From: Azolla caroliniana
Taxonomy: Eukaryota > Plantae > Polypodiophyta
Length of the DNA: 64,000 bases
Assembly (NCBI GenBank): GCA_043228905.1
Contig: JBHGNT010000017.1
Location: 1,736,001-1,800,000, forward strand
Direction of reading: 5' to 3'
Position 1 is the first letter of the stretch. Every line of letters starts with the position of its first letter. The translations under genes were made by a program, and so were the position numbers. Under the pieces are notes generated by a model. That model did no database searches. It was not told where the DNA came from and worked only from the letters and a program-made list of their open reading frames with translations. Shown in pieces: positions 45,101-58,132 of the stretch.

Positions 45101-47706
45101 GCACCATTGATCTATTCTAAAAGACTTGAGATAAGGGGAAGAGCATACCTATTCCTGATTGTAACCTTATTCAAGCCACGGTAATCTACAACAAGACGAA
45201 GCGATCCATCCTTTTTCTTGACGAAGAAAATGGGCGCGCCAGCTAGAGATTTCGAATGCCGAATGAAACCATTTTCCAAATTCTCCTCTATATAGGCCCG
45301 AAGGATTTCCAGCTCGGTTGGTGACAAATTGTAGATTGGTCCCCATGGCGGCTCTTTTCCCGGTTGTAAATCGATGGGGCAATCGTACGGTCGATGATGA
45401 GGAAGTATGTTGGCTTGTACTTTATCGAACACATCGGCGTAATGACGATACTTCTCAGGAAGTTGAACGGTGGATTCTTCTTTAGTGGTGCTGGAGGGAT
45501 TTACTGATATTGCAAAGAGGAACATTTCCTCCTTGCGCCCTTCTTTACGCAACTGACGTAGCGATGGTTGCCATCTTCTGAGTTGACCCTTGGGTTTGTC
45601 GACACCGGATTTCTCTTGTTCTCTAATCTATGTCTAGGTTTTGTAACTCGAACCACGGTAATCCTAAAACTATGGGATGTTCTGGGATACTAATAATATT
45701 AAATGATACTACACATGCTAAGCTATCTAGGACAATATTAATGGGCTCTGACTCTTCTATGATATTTCCGGAAGCAATGGGACATCCATCAATGACTACT
45801 ACAAAGGCTAGACACTCGAGTATTCTTAGGGATATCTTATGAGCTTGAGCAAATTTCTTATCCATAAAGCAAGAGTTAGCTCCGGAATCTAGGAGTGCTA
45901 GGACATGTACTGGAGGGGTACTTTTAGTACTAACTATTACTTGGGCTATGAACACATCACTAACTTGCTTAGAGAGAATGGAACCACTAATGGGCTGCAC
46001 AGATCTAGGGCTGTCCAACCAAACGGCTCCTATTTTGGCTGGACTTAGTCGTTTAACTCTTCTTCTAACTGACTAAGGACATCAAATTTGTTTGCTAGAT
46101 CTGGGCTATTAGTACTATTAGGACTATCAGATATCCCTACTGAAATAGGCTCGGGTTTAGTACAATTAGAACTAGCGACTATTTGGTTTACCTGTCTTCT
46201 TGGCCTATGGGGGCAATTTATTGAAATGTGTCCTGGTCCACCGTAGTAAAGACATAATCGATTTGTACAACGTCGTTGCTTTTCTTCTTCGGATAATGGC
46301 CCTCGACGACGTGTAGTGTCAATCTCCATCAGAGTCAGAGTATTCGCTGGAGGCGCATTATATGACTCCCTCGGAAAAGGTCTTGCTACCATTGAGGCAT
46401 AGGTGGGCTCTGATCTTGCCCTCGACATCTGTAGCTGTCGTTCCGAACGTCGCTCAAAGAGGCGGTTGTCACATCTCACCGCGCGACTGATTGCTTCTGT
46501 TAAGGACTTTGGCTCTTCGGGGAAGGTCAAGAGTAAATCCTTGACGTCGTTGCGTAAACCATAACGGAATTGCTCCATCAACGCTTGATCATCCCAAGGG
46601 ATATCGGCGCCAAGTAGGCGAAAATCTGTAGCGTATGCGGAGGCTGGACGGTCACCTTGGCGTAATCGCCGAATTTTGTTGATTGCGGTCCTGATGCTGT
46701 CAGTATCTCTGAAACATGCTTTAAACTCACCTAGAAACTCTTCAAAATTGTTGAGTAACGGAGATTCCTTTTCTAATAGTGGAGCGAACCATGCCAACGC
46801 TGAGCCACTTTGCAAAGTGCCTACTAAACCCACTTGTGATGCATCGGTGGGATATCGGGAAGGATGCATTTGAATAACTAATCGTACCTAGTTAAGGAAT
46901 CCTCTAAACTGCGATCGTGTTCCATCGAACTTCGTGGGAAGGCCAATCTTGGGTTCTTTATGAATCCCTTGTGTTCCGGGCCCTTGTTGTTGCATCGTTA
47001 CGATGGTTGCTTCGAGTTGTTGTACGCGTAACGCAAGTTCCCCATGTTGTTGTTGCGTTTGCTGCTTTTCTAAGGAGATTTGCTAAAGATCTTCCAGCAA
47101 CCGTTGGTTTTCTTGTTCCAAAGCATGGAACTTCTCTTTCAAGCATTGAAATTCCGAGAAAACAGATTGATATTCTTCAGCGCTAACAGTGGCCATGGGA
47201 TGAAAGAAAAGAAGAATAAGAGATTAGTAGGAAATGAGAGAGACAGAAGGTAGGAGAAATTGGTTCAAACTGTCAGGAACAATACTAAGACAGAGAAGGA
47301 ATTAGTACTAAACGAAGGATTAGTACTATGAGAGGTGTAGAACTTCTTTGAGAGAAGGAGGAAGTGAGCGAGACGGAGAGAAAGAGAGAGATCGAGAGAG
47401 GGAGAGAGTGATGATAAGAAAGATATATATTATGTGAAGAGAATATACAATGGTGGCTAAAAGGCTTAAGACAGGCGTTGAACCAATTTGGTTCAACATA
47501 ATGCCTAGTGCCCTCTTTTATAGTGTTTTCAGGAGTAATCCTGAAGCTTCTAGAATGTTCCAGAGAAATCTAGAATATACATTAATTTCCTATAATAAAA
47601 TGTAAATGAAAATAATATCCTACGTATTACAATAGATGATATAATGGTCAAGAGCTCGACCCATATAACCTAAGTTCATGGGTTCGAGTCTTGCCATATA
47701 ATGACA
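42160..47706 (-). mobile_element. Ty3/gypsy chromovirus (Tcn1/Tf1-sushi-like), full length, degenerate ORFs
   Basis: LTRs at 42160-42474 and 47271-47706, PPT at 42475-42487, flanks ACAAC/GCAAC. Gag 46045-46869, protease LLDSGA 45623-46018, RT/RNase H with YLDD 43864-45552, integrase 42871-43641, GPF motif and chromodomain 42467-42937. Confidence 0.95.
42467..42937 (-). pseudogene. Integrase C-terminus with group I chromodomain
   Basis: GPFRI..[48 protein letters not shown]. Confidence 0.9.
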
Positions 47707-48260
47707 GCAACAGGTAGCGCGTGGGCTGTCTTTGCCTTCTGCGGGTTCTTAGCACGTCGCATCCCAGTGTGTCTGTGTGCGTGTGGGTGTCGATTTCTAT
47801 CGTGATGGTGAGCCCGTGCACTCGAAAGTTTGGTGGCAGGTTTCACTCCTCAGCGTGCAAGACCCATTCGAGCTCGAGTGCTCCCCGTAGGCGGTTCTAG
47901 CAGAGAGGGGCCATGCATGAGGATCTCGTCGCGCGAACACGCGTGGGTGCTTCCCGACCGATCCTAGGATGCAAGCCCACTCGCACTTGTCGAGCGACAC
48001 CGGCGGCGTCACCACGGGCATCATGTATATATCTATGTGTCTGTGTGTGTTTCTCCAGTTAGCTTAGGTGTGGATATACATGTGTGTGTGTTTCCGGTTA
48101 GCTTAGGGCTCGAGTGCGGGTAGGTGTGCCGGCAGTAGTCGGGTGTATATGTGTGTGTGTGTGTGCGTGTGCCCGGGCACAACTAACTGGGTTGTACATA
48201 CCGACGTGAAGGGCGGCAAGGATGAGTGCGCGCTCTCTCATTCCTCATGCGATTACCCGT

Positions 48261-51200
48261 TGTCGCGTTACTAAGCGCGTGCGTGGAGAAACGAGGCGGG
48301 ACCACCGGGGCCTTGAACCAAAGAGCAGGTGATAGAAGGGAAAACAGAAAGAGAGTCTGAGACACTCGGTTACGTATGAGCAAAGAAACAGAGGGACACG
48401 ACCCTGTCAACGCAGAAGACACGAATGGACACAGAGATAGAGAGACACGAATGTTTGTATATTAATGAATGACAAATAAACAACAGAGCACGCGAGCGGT
48501 TACAACCGAACAGGTCGGCGAACAGATGCCGATGCCTGCTTATCTACGCACGAAAGGGGATAGGATGGAGGTGCTGCCGGAAGCACACGGGCGTTCCTCG
48601 AAGCAGCGCGAGCCTCCCAAAAACCTGTAGAGAAGAGCGATGGAGAACGAACAGAGGAGAAGCGTTCGGTTTCGGTCCGACAGCACTTCGTCCTCGTCAA
48701 TAAATAAAAAATATATCCTCCCTGTTCACGTCGCGTCTCCCTCTCTTTTATAGCTTCAAGAAGGGAGCCGTTTCCCTCATTAACTTCCTACCTACCGAAT
48801 CTAACTACCTAGGATATACCTTTGTACCTAATTCTCTATTATATACATTAAAGGGCGCGCACGCGTGAAGAGCCGGTTCACGCGCGTTATACACCGATTA
48901 CGCTAAGGGACGGTTTTCTTCACGACATCCGCCCCCACCTAACCGCGCATCCACCGGTATGCGCCAAAATTTGGTTCTGGTTGGAGAAAACCGGTCCGGG
49001 TTCCGGTTCCTCGTCCATCGGTTCGTCCTCCGTTTCGGACTGTTCGTCGTCGCTGTCCAGGCCTCTTAGATCCGGTTCGCCGTCGTGGCGCTTCTTGAAC
49101 GCTTTGATCCGCTTCCATGCTACCGGTATCGCCATCCTCGTACCGTCGAGTTCCGCCAGGTGATACGTCCCGTTGTCGTTAGCGCTCGTTACCACGTAAG
49201 GCCCGAACCACCGCTTCGCAAACTTCCATGTTGCCCGGTGCTGGTTGTCGAGGCTGCTGTCGTAGAATAGCACCCAGTCGCCTCCTCGATTTTCTTTGGT
49301 CTGAGCCTGTGTTTTCGGTCGAACCGGGCTTTGTTCCTCATCCTCGCCGTCCGAAGTCTCTCCGCCGCTCGTTCAACGTCCTCTGGCCTCCGCTCGAGCT
49401 GTCGTATACGCGCCGCTAGCAGTTCTTCCCGGCTCATCTTGTCTCTCCAGTCCACTGTCGCCCAAGAGGAGATCGTCCGTTCCATCGGCATGATCGGCTT
49501 CTGTCCGAACATGAGCTCTGTCGGCATGAACCCGGTTACCGAACTGTGCATTGTCTGGTCCGCCCACAAGGCATAAGGTAACAGTCGTGGCCAGTTCCCG
49601 ACCTGGCCTCCGCACGCCCGGACTAGCGCTTTGATGATCGGTCCGTGTCCGCGCTCCACCTTCCCGTTCGCCTCCGGATTGTACGCTGTGGTGAGCGAGA
49701 GCTTGACCCCTAACCGGTCGAACAGCTCCTCGGCCTCTTCGGCGTCCAACTCCCCGCGGTCAGCCACGATCTTCCCGACGCACCCGTACCGGCATATCAC
49801 GTCCTCGATCAGGAACCGACACACGGCCGCGGTCGTTTGGTTCTGCAGGGCTCGGCCTTCCACCTGATTCGTCAGGTCCTCCCGGGCCAGCACCAGATAT
49901 CGCATCTGCCCTACGCCCATCGGCATCGTCACCAAATCTACCATCCATTTGAAGTGGATGGCCGGAGGGTATGTAGGGTGAAGCTCGTCCCGATGTCGGA
50001 CTATGGAGTGTATCTGACAGCTCTCACAAGTTGTCACGAACCGATGCACGTCCCGGTACAGTCCCGGCCACCAGTACTTCCCCTTTAGTTTCTCGAATGT
50101 GGCCCACGTCCCACGGTGTCCAGCCCAGGGGTTGTCGTGGTAGGCCTTCAGCAACTCCTCCTGTTCCTCCTCCATCACCACTACTCGGAGCGGGATGTCG
50201 TTTCTCTTCTTCGGGTGCTTCCACAAGTATCCGTCCCGGAGAAAGAATCGGTACGCTTTCTTCCGGATCCGGTTGGCCTCGTCCTTTGTCCATGACGCAT
50301 ACGGCGTCATCGTCCTTAAGAATCCCCCATCTGCAGCCACTCCCCGTCGTACTTGCTCTCGTTGAAATCGTTAAGCGCCGGAGTGCTCCCCCCCTCGGTT
50401 GTCACGTAAGCCACCTCGAAGAAGTCCACGCCGACTTCCTCGTCCTCCGAAACCATGCCGCCCTCGTCGTCGAATCGCACCCTCGAAAGCATGTCGGCCA
50501 TGGCATTGTCTTTCCCGGAAATGTGTCGTATTTCCGGATCCAGGGACTTGATGTACGCTATCCACCTGAGCATTGCCAGGTCCGGGGTTGCGCATCCGGA
50601 AACCATGTCGAGAATCGGCAGGCAGTCCGTCTCGATAATCACCTCTGTCCCGATCAGATAGTCTTTACCGGCCTTCACCGCCAAAACGATACCCCAAAGT
50701 TCGCGTTTAACCTGGGCGTATCCTCGTTGTTGCTCGCTGAGGACCTCCGCACCGAACCGGATTGGGAACCGAATGCCGTCCTCATCTTCTTGGTTGACGA
50801 CCCATCCGATCCCGGTCGGACTTGTATCTACCGTTATGTAGACGGGAGTTCCTTTCTCGTAGACAGCCTTCCGGAGTGCTGGAGCTGCAGCAAGAGCCTC
50901 CTTCATCTTTCGCACCGACTCTGTATCCTTGTCTCGCCACTCGAATTTTCGCCCCTTTTTCAGCAACCCGTATAGCGGCTCGGCAACGTGGGCGTAATGC
51001 GGGATCCATATGTGGTAGAACGCGCATGCTCCCAAGAACCTCCGTACCTCTGTGACTGAGTTACAGTCGGGCTTCATTGCGGAGATGGCTTCCACCTTAG
51101 CCGGAGACGGTTTCCGGCCATACGGTCCGCATAGATGTCCGACGATCATGATCTCTAATTGCCCGAAGGCCGACTTCTCCCCGCAGAAGGTGAGCCTCGC

Positions 51201-54200
51201 GTCCTCTAGCCTATGCAGCACCCTCTCGCAATCATCAATGTGTGTCGCCACGAATTTCCGGCATCCGTCCGGTCCGATCGTTCCGTCCTTTTCCTCCACC
51301 GGACACCCCTTGATCGGGATGTCATCCAAGAATGGCATGGTGATGTCCGGGATACAATCCCTCAGCACCTTGTTCATCGCATTCACCATGTGGGCCACCG
51401 AGTTCGTCCCTCCTTGTGGCAGGGTACACATCCACACTAGGCCGAGAGGAGTCCGCATCGTCGTAATGTCTCTGCTCTCCACAGCTAGTTGGAACTGATC
51501 GTACCCCGAGTACAGATCACCGACCGAGTAGATCGACCTTCCGGCGAAGGCCTCCGCGAACTCGTCTATCGTTGGTCCGATTCCTGCGTTCTGAATGGTC
51601 ACTCTGTTGACCGGTTGCAGGTCTTGAATGAAGCGCAATGTCCCGTTCTTCTTCGGTACGGTAAACCACCGGTTCGAGTACGGGGCACTCGACGGTTCGA
51701 GGATGCCCATATCGACTTTCTGCCTCAACAGCTCCATCAGCTCCGGGATGTGAGCTCTCGGTACCAGAATTGGTTTGAGATTCCACGGCACATGCGGTAC
51801 CGTGAATATCACCATCGGCTTCACGACTGTCGGGTCTACGCACCCGATCTCTTCCGGTGAGAATGCGAAGACTTTCTCGTGCCTTCCGAGCATTCTCGGA
51901 AACCAGTCTTCTTCCGTCGGCAGTAGGAACCCGCCCCCACCGATTTTGAGCTCCCGTAGCGTTCTGTCGGTGAAGGTGTGTCCTATGCAGGCCGGATCTC
52001 GTAAACTGGGGTCTGATGCGACCCCCTTGATTCGCAACTCGCTGCCCTCCGGTAAGGGTGCCGCGACTGGCCTTACCTTCCGGTTCACAGTCTTGTACTT
52101 CGTGTTAACCCGGGCCATCCGATCCGACTCGAGCCCTCGACTGAAGTCCGCGATGACTTCGTACATCTCTTCTGAACAAACCGGTATCGTCCGGTCCTCT
52201 TTAAGGCCCTCTCCGACCACCTCTCGCAGTATTCCCAAGGTATCGTCGAAGGAGACCGCCTCCACGGCTCCGTTGATTTCCTCGCTGGGCTCGAGAACTC
52301 CGCACGCCCGAAGTCGCTCTTCCGCCCTTGTCTTTTCTCGGCCAACGACGCGAACTATCGTACACCCTCCGTTGTCGGAGAAACAAAACTTCCTACTTAT
52401 GGTACAAGGTTTCTTCGGTTTCGCCTCTATCGTACATTTGGGGTGTTCCTGGAGTGTCCGAACTATCGCGGCCCCACGCCTTAACAACCCTCTCTAAAAA
52501 TCCTCTCGGTTCTCCCCACCGAGGGACTCGCGGTTTCGCTCGTGGTTCGGTCGCACCGTCAGGAACTGGACCGAATGACGCCCGTCCTGACTCTTGACCC
52601 TCGCGTAAGCTGACCCGTTGTCCAGCACCTTGGTCTCCATCCGTGCTGCCGTAATGTACGGTTCTCCCAGTATGACCGGGTGCGAGGACGTCTCCTGCAC
52701 AAAGAAGTGTTGGTCTATCTCGACGTCGCCGATCTTGACTCGCACGTTTGGGCAGGCCCCGTGTAGTTCCTCGGTGGCGCGCGTCGCCGCCCGTATCTTC
52801 CACCCGTGCTTGGTGTTGACCGGCCATTTCCCCTTCTTGTAGAAGTCCATGGACATCAGGTTTATTTCCGAACCGTGGTCCACTAGCGCCACCACCGGTT
52901 CTTGAACATCTCCGATCTTCACCGGGGTTTCCGTGGTCGCGCGGGCCCAGTGTGGCCTCGAATAGTAGCTCTCCGCCCACTCGTCTTCCAGCGCCATGTC
53001 CTCTATGTGCGTCGTCTGCACCTCCACCGGCCTTTTGCGGTTCTGTCTCCGTCGACATCCTCTTCCTCTTCACCAAGTCTACGATGGAGTCGTGGAACTC
53101 CTTCTTGGCGATTCCGAGCACCTCCCGCAACGACAGTTCCACCTTGCTGTCGAGGATTCGTTCTTCCAGGACCTTTCGTAGGTCCGTGGTCCTTTCGATC
53201 TCCGTGCCCAACCGGTATCCACCCTTCTTGTGGTTATCCCGGGCACTGGTCTCACCGGCCTCATTCCGTTTCGGCCCGAATTGGGTTTCGTATCTCTGTG
53301 AGGGTCCGGCCCCTCCGGTTCTACCTACCCGTTTGTCTTCAACCAGAGCCTCGTAGTTCTGGCAAGCTGCTTCGACGAAACCTGTCTTTTCTTCGACCGG
53401 GTCACTCCACCCGGTTACCTCCTGGACCCACTTCTCCGCGCGGTCCGCCTCGTCTTTCCTTAGTCGGGCACTAGCGAGGCCTTCCAGCATCGTCGGCTAG
53501 AACCCGACTTTGCTCTCCTTCCGGGCCTCGCTACCTCCGACCCGAATACCGGCTGACGCCGAGTAGTGGACGGTCTCCGCGTGCCGGGCCGCCACCTCTT
53601 CCATCAGCCTTTTCATTCCTCCTCGCCCGTCGTTTCGGTTCAGGGCCCTCCGGGTATCGCTGGCATGCACCCGACCTTCCCACAGGTACACTGCCCGGCT
53701 TCTCAAGGCCTCCGCAAAGTCCCCGCAGTCTTTCTGGATGTGGCCGACCTCGTCACACCACATGCACCTATTTCCTGTCGGAGGCCGTCGGTCACGAGCC
53801 TGGTCGCCGCCTTCCCTCCGAGCCTGGGCGATCTGGAGATCCTTTACTGCCCGTGTCAACTCCTCCAAAGTTGTTCCCCCGGACGAGCCTCTGACCATGC
53901 CGGTCGAAGCCGAACCGGTTTCGAGCCACTCCCGGGTCTCTTCCCTTCGCGCATGTGGTATCGGTTCGAGCTTCCTTGCTGCGACAGGACCCACCCCTGT
54001 ATCAGCCCACTCCCACCGTTTGTCAAAACGGCCGAAGACTCTTTTTACCGCGGCCCAGTCGGCCGTCAGCCCGTCTTCGGTTTCCAGTAAGGAGCCCACT
54101 TTCTCCCGATCCCGTGCGTCAACCGATTTGACAAACAGTAGGACACGACTTGTGTCCAGAACGGTCTGATCGAGCGCCGAAAGGCGCGCAAAGCGTTCCT

Positions 54201-55324
54201 CAAACTCCCGGAGGAGTAACGACGCATTTCTTCCTTTGTTGGGGGACTCCACCCACTCCATGAAGCCCCGCTTCGAAAGCCGAAGCGCGTCATCCAGCCC
54301 GTATTTCTCCAGGAGCCGTACTTCGAACTCATCCCAGGTCCGGCTCTCCGCCCGGACCTCGAGCACCTCCGCATGGATGCCCGGCATCGCCACTCGAGGG
54401 AATCCGGCAAGACGCCTCTCTTCTAGAATATCCCTCTTCAACATCTCCGCCCGGTAGGACGCCAAATAACTCGTGGCATCCTTTCCACTGAACCGGCCGA
54501 TCCTACCGACGATCGCCTCAATAGCCCTGTCAAGGGCGCCGGTGCCCTCGCGCGCGCTCACTATCCGGTCCACGGCCGAAGCCATGGCATGGCCTCTGCA
54601 AGATCCGACCCCCTCATCTTCTGCTCCTCCGCTGCCTTGTTCACGTTGGGTTCACCAAAGATGTCGCGTTACTAAGCGCGTGCGTGGAGAAACGAGGCGG
54701 GACCACCGGGGTCTTGAACCAAAGAGCAGGTGATAGAAGGGGAAAGAGAAAGAGAGAGACGCTCGGTTACGTATGAGCAAAGAAACACAGGGACACGGCC
54801 CTGTCAACGCAGAAGACACAAATGGACACAGAGATAGAGAGACACAAATGTTTGTATATTAATGAATGACAAATAAACAACAGAGCACGCGAGCGGTTAC
54901 AACCGAACAGGCCGGCGAACAGATGTCGATGCCTGCTCGTCTACGCACGAAAGGGGATAGGATGGAGGTGTTGCCGGAAGCACACGGGCGTTCCTCGAAG
55001 CAGCGCGAGCCTCCCGAAAACCTGCAGAGAAGAGCGATGGAGAACGAACAGAGGAGAAGCGTTCAGTTTCGGTCCGACAGCACTTCGTCCTCGTCAATAA
55101 ATAAAAAATATATCCTCCCTGTTCACATCGCGTCTCCCTCTCTTTTATAGCTTCAAGAAGGGAGCCGTTTCCCTCATTAACTTCCTACCTACCGAATCTA
55201 ACTACCTAGGATATACCTTTGTACCTAATTCTCTATTATATACATTAAAGGGCGCGCACGCGTGAAGAGCCAGTTCACGCGCGCTATACACCGATTACGC
55301 TAAGGGACGGTTTTCTTCATGACA
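48261..55324 (-). mobile_element. Non-chromovirus Ty3/gypsy element (Phygy/Ylt1-like), present only in unit 2
   Basis: LTRs at 48261-48927 and 54662-55324, 4-bp TSD CCGT confirmed by the empty site near 14355, tRNA-Trp-like PBS at 54641-54657, PPT at 48928-48939. Gag 53497-54585, protease LVDHGS 52494-53027, RT with FLDD 50316-52487, integrase 48920-50340. Confidence 0.94.
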
Positions 55325-55527
55325 CCGTCGTGTCCAGAGAGTTTCTAGAACCAGCCGGCAATGCGGCAAGCTCTAGAGGATTCGGGTTTCCGGCAACTCC
55401 TCCCCTCCTGGTCCATGAACCCGGTGTTCCCGCCCAGATCCGACATGTAAGCGCAAATTCCCGCGACAACGTTCTCTATCCTCTAGTTGGGCCACTAATG
55501 CAGACCCAATGCCCAAAATGTAAATAA

Positions 55528-57435
55528 TGTTGGGGCTTGTCCACTCAAGTAGAGCCCACATCAACTAGACTGAGCATCGAACAGTCATGGGGCCAAAAAG
55601 GAGAAAAGTGATAATTACTTATAATTATATATACATATGCCTTTTTTTATGTATTGTTTTTGGGTGTGTATCTTTTGTGTGTGTGTGTGAACGCAGGTAC
55701 ATAGACGTTGGACAACAAAGAGAAAAACAAAAAAGAAGGAGAAGGGGGAAAAATAGCTCGATCTGATTTTCTGAGTGTACAGAGAGCAAAACAGAAAATT
55801 GTGGGAAGAACAGAAAAACAGAGAGAGAAAAACAGAAAAAGAAAGAGGGAGCAAGAGGAAGAATTGACTACCGATGTAGAGACAGAGACCTACAAGGGGT
55901 TGTTCGTGTTATCGAAGAACCACGATTGAACAACACCTGCCCTGTCTACTTGTTTCAGGTTTCTTCGTTTTATGTTTCTCTAGTTTTCGTTTTCTCTGGT
56001 TTATCCACTCAATCGAGTGAGGATCGTAGCCAAGGTTGTTGCCTTGAAGCTAATATATTTCCTCTAGACAAAAACCTAGAGAGACTAGTACATTCCTTGT
56101 GCTTATTGTTATTGTATCCACCCAATCGGGTGACGATTGTAGCCAAGGTTGCTGCCTTGAGGCTAGGACATTTCTCTAGTCAAAACCTAGAGAGTTCGTA
56201 CGCAGTTTGTAATCCTTGTTATTCTATCCACCCAATTGAGTGAAGGTTGTAAACAAGGCCATTGCCTTGAGGTAGATACACCCCTCTAGTGAGGTCGTAT
56301 TCCGTTGTACTCAAAGATATAGTGAAGTTGTTTGGAACCTAAGGTACCCGTGGTTTTCCCTATTTTGGGTTTTCCACATTAAAAATTTTGGTGTACTCTC
56401 ATTTTCTATCTTGTGGTTTCATCCATGGTTTAATTTGTCTTGATTGAGTTGGTAGTCCAAATCATCCCGATTCGGATCCATATTCCCAACAAGTGGTATC
56501 AGAGCGAGATTCATACCCTCCGCAAAGACTTGGAATATAGATGAATCATTAGGCGGGATGATTAAACTGACGGGATCCAACTACCCCATTCCTCCTTATG
56601 ATCATTTGCCATAGCTTCTCTAAAGCTTCCTGGCTCTCCTCCATCTGAAAGCATCACATATTCATGTGGGTTGTATCTAGTAGAAGGTCTTCTTTGTCTC
56701 ATAGACCTTCTAACCTCTTCCTCTTTCAGAGGAGCTGCTGAAATGTCACCTAGAGTATGATGGTCATGATTCTGCCCATCATCATCGTCGGTTGCATCAT
56801 CAACCATATCATCATACTCCTCGATATCTCCCCCATGACCTTGTGTGTCTGGGGTAGGCATTGGGTGTTCAGTGACTGAAAAATCAGGGGTGAGATCCTG
56901 CATTTCATTTAGCTCCGAATCTTGTAAGGTCTGATCCTCAAGGAATACCACATCCCTGCTTCTAATGACCTTCTTCTCTACTGGGTCATAAAGTCTATAG
57001 CCGAATTCCTCATGGTTGTATCCCAAGAATATGCATGGTTTGCATTTGTCATCAAGCTTGGATCTTTCATCTTTTGGGATGTGAATGTAGGCCCTACAGC
57101 CAAACACTCTCAAATGTTTGTATGACACGTCTTTACCTGTCCAAACCCTCTCGGGAACATCGTCATCCAAGGGGGCTGACGGAAACAGGTTTATGAGGTC
57201 AATTGTAGTCCTCATTGATTCACCCCAAAAGGATTTAGGCAATTTTGGGTGGGATAACATACATCTTATCCACTCACAAATTGTCATATTCATCCTCTCA
57301 GCCACACCATTGTGTTGAGGTGTTTTCAGGACACTTCTCTCTAGTCTAATACCATGCTCACGACAATATTCCTCAAATCGTCCTTCATATTCACCGTTGT
57401 TATCGGCACGAATACATTTCAACATTCTTCCAGTT
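55528..57435 (+). mobile_element. Rearranged Copia-C remnant (unit 2)
   Basis: LTR at 55528-56491, PBS at 56494-56505, inverted integrase ORF at 56562-57425. Confidence 0.88.
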
Positions 57436-57746
57436 TACATTTTGGGCATTGGGTCGTGCATTACCTTCAATCCCACAAACTCTCTATCCTTTGTTTGGGC
57501 CACTAATGCGGACCCAAAGCCCAAAATGTAAATAATGCAAACCTGAACCTAAACAAGCAATGGGTACTAAAGGGTTGGTAGATAACTGCCTGTTTGTTAC
57601 ACTTCTCTTTACACTTCCTATTCGATCGGGTATGCATACCCATGATGCTATGCACCATATCATGGTAAGAATTTGGTAATCATGGGTTCTATGCATAGCA
57701 TGTCTAGCAGTGATCATGGGTGCATGTGCATAGACATGCTATGTGT

Positions 57747-57785
<39 letters not shown>

Positions 57786-57968
57786 TCCATATACAATCCA
57801 TGATTCTGTCTGTCTCTCTATTATGTATGCACTCTTTCTCCATCTCCCCCTATTGTTTAGTCCATCTGTTTTTTAAATTGCATAATCGTGCTCCCAAATT
57901 TCTAATATTAAAACTCACCTTCCAAAAGCTTTAAACGGCCTAATTTGATTTTGGAGATAAATTGAAAG

Positions 57969-58132
57969 GGGGGCCGCGCGAACGCGAGCCCCCGCTGCCA
58001 CAAATTATGACGTGCACTCTCCCACATTGGGGAGATGCTAGGGCAAACAGCCCCTCCGGCTGTGCAATGGAGGCGCCGGCCCTAAAGCGATTGACCTTGC
58101 TGATCACCGATAGACCCCGCCCAGGTAAGTAT
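57969..58132 (-). ncRNA. U1: U1 spliceosomal snRNA (variant)
   Basis: ATACTTACCTGG 5' end and intact Sm site. USE at 58197-58187, TATA from 58164. A few substitutions and a 1-nt insertion near stem I/II. Confidence 0.92.

Noticed and set aside
42160-47631. Chimeric LTR ends (TGTAA/TGACA versus TGTCA/TTACA) suggesting cDNA recombination into a resident solo LTR
   Set aside because: The true right end is ATGACA at 47706 followed by TSD GCAAC. The apparent mismatch comes from a 120-bp insert in one LTR plus a SNP.
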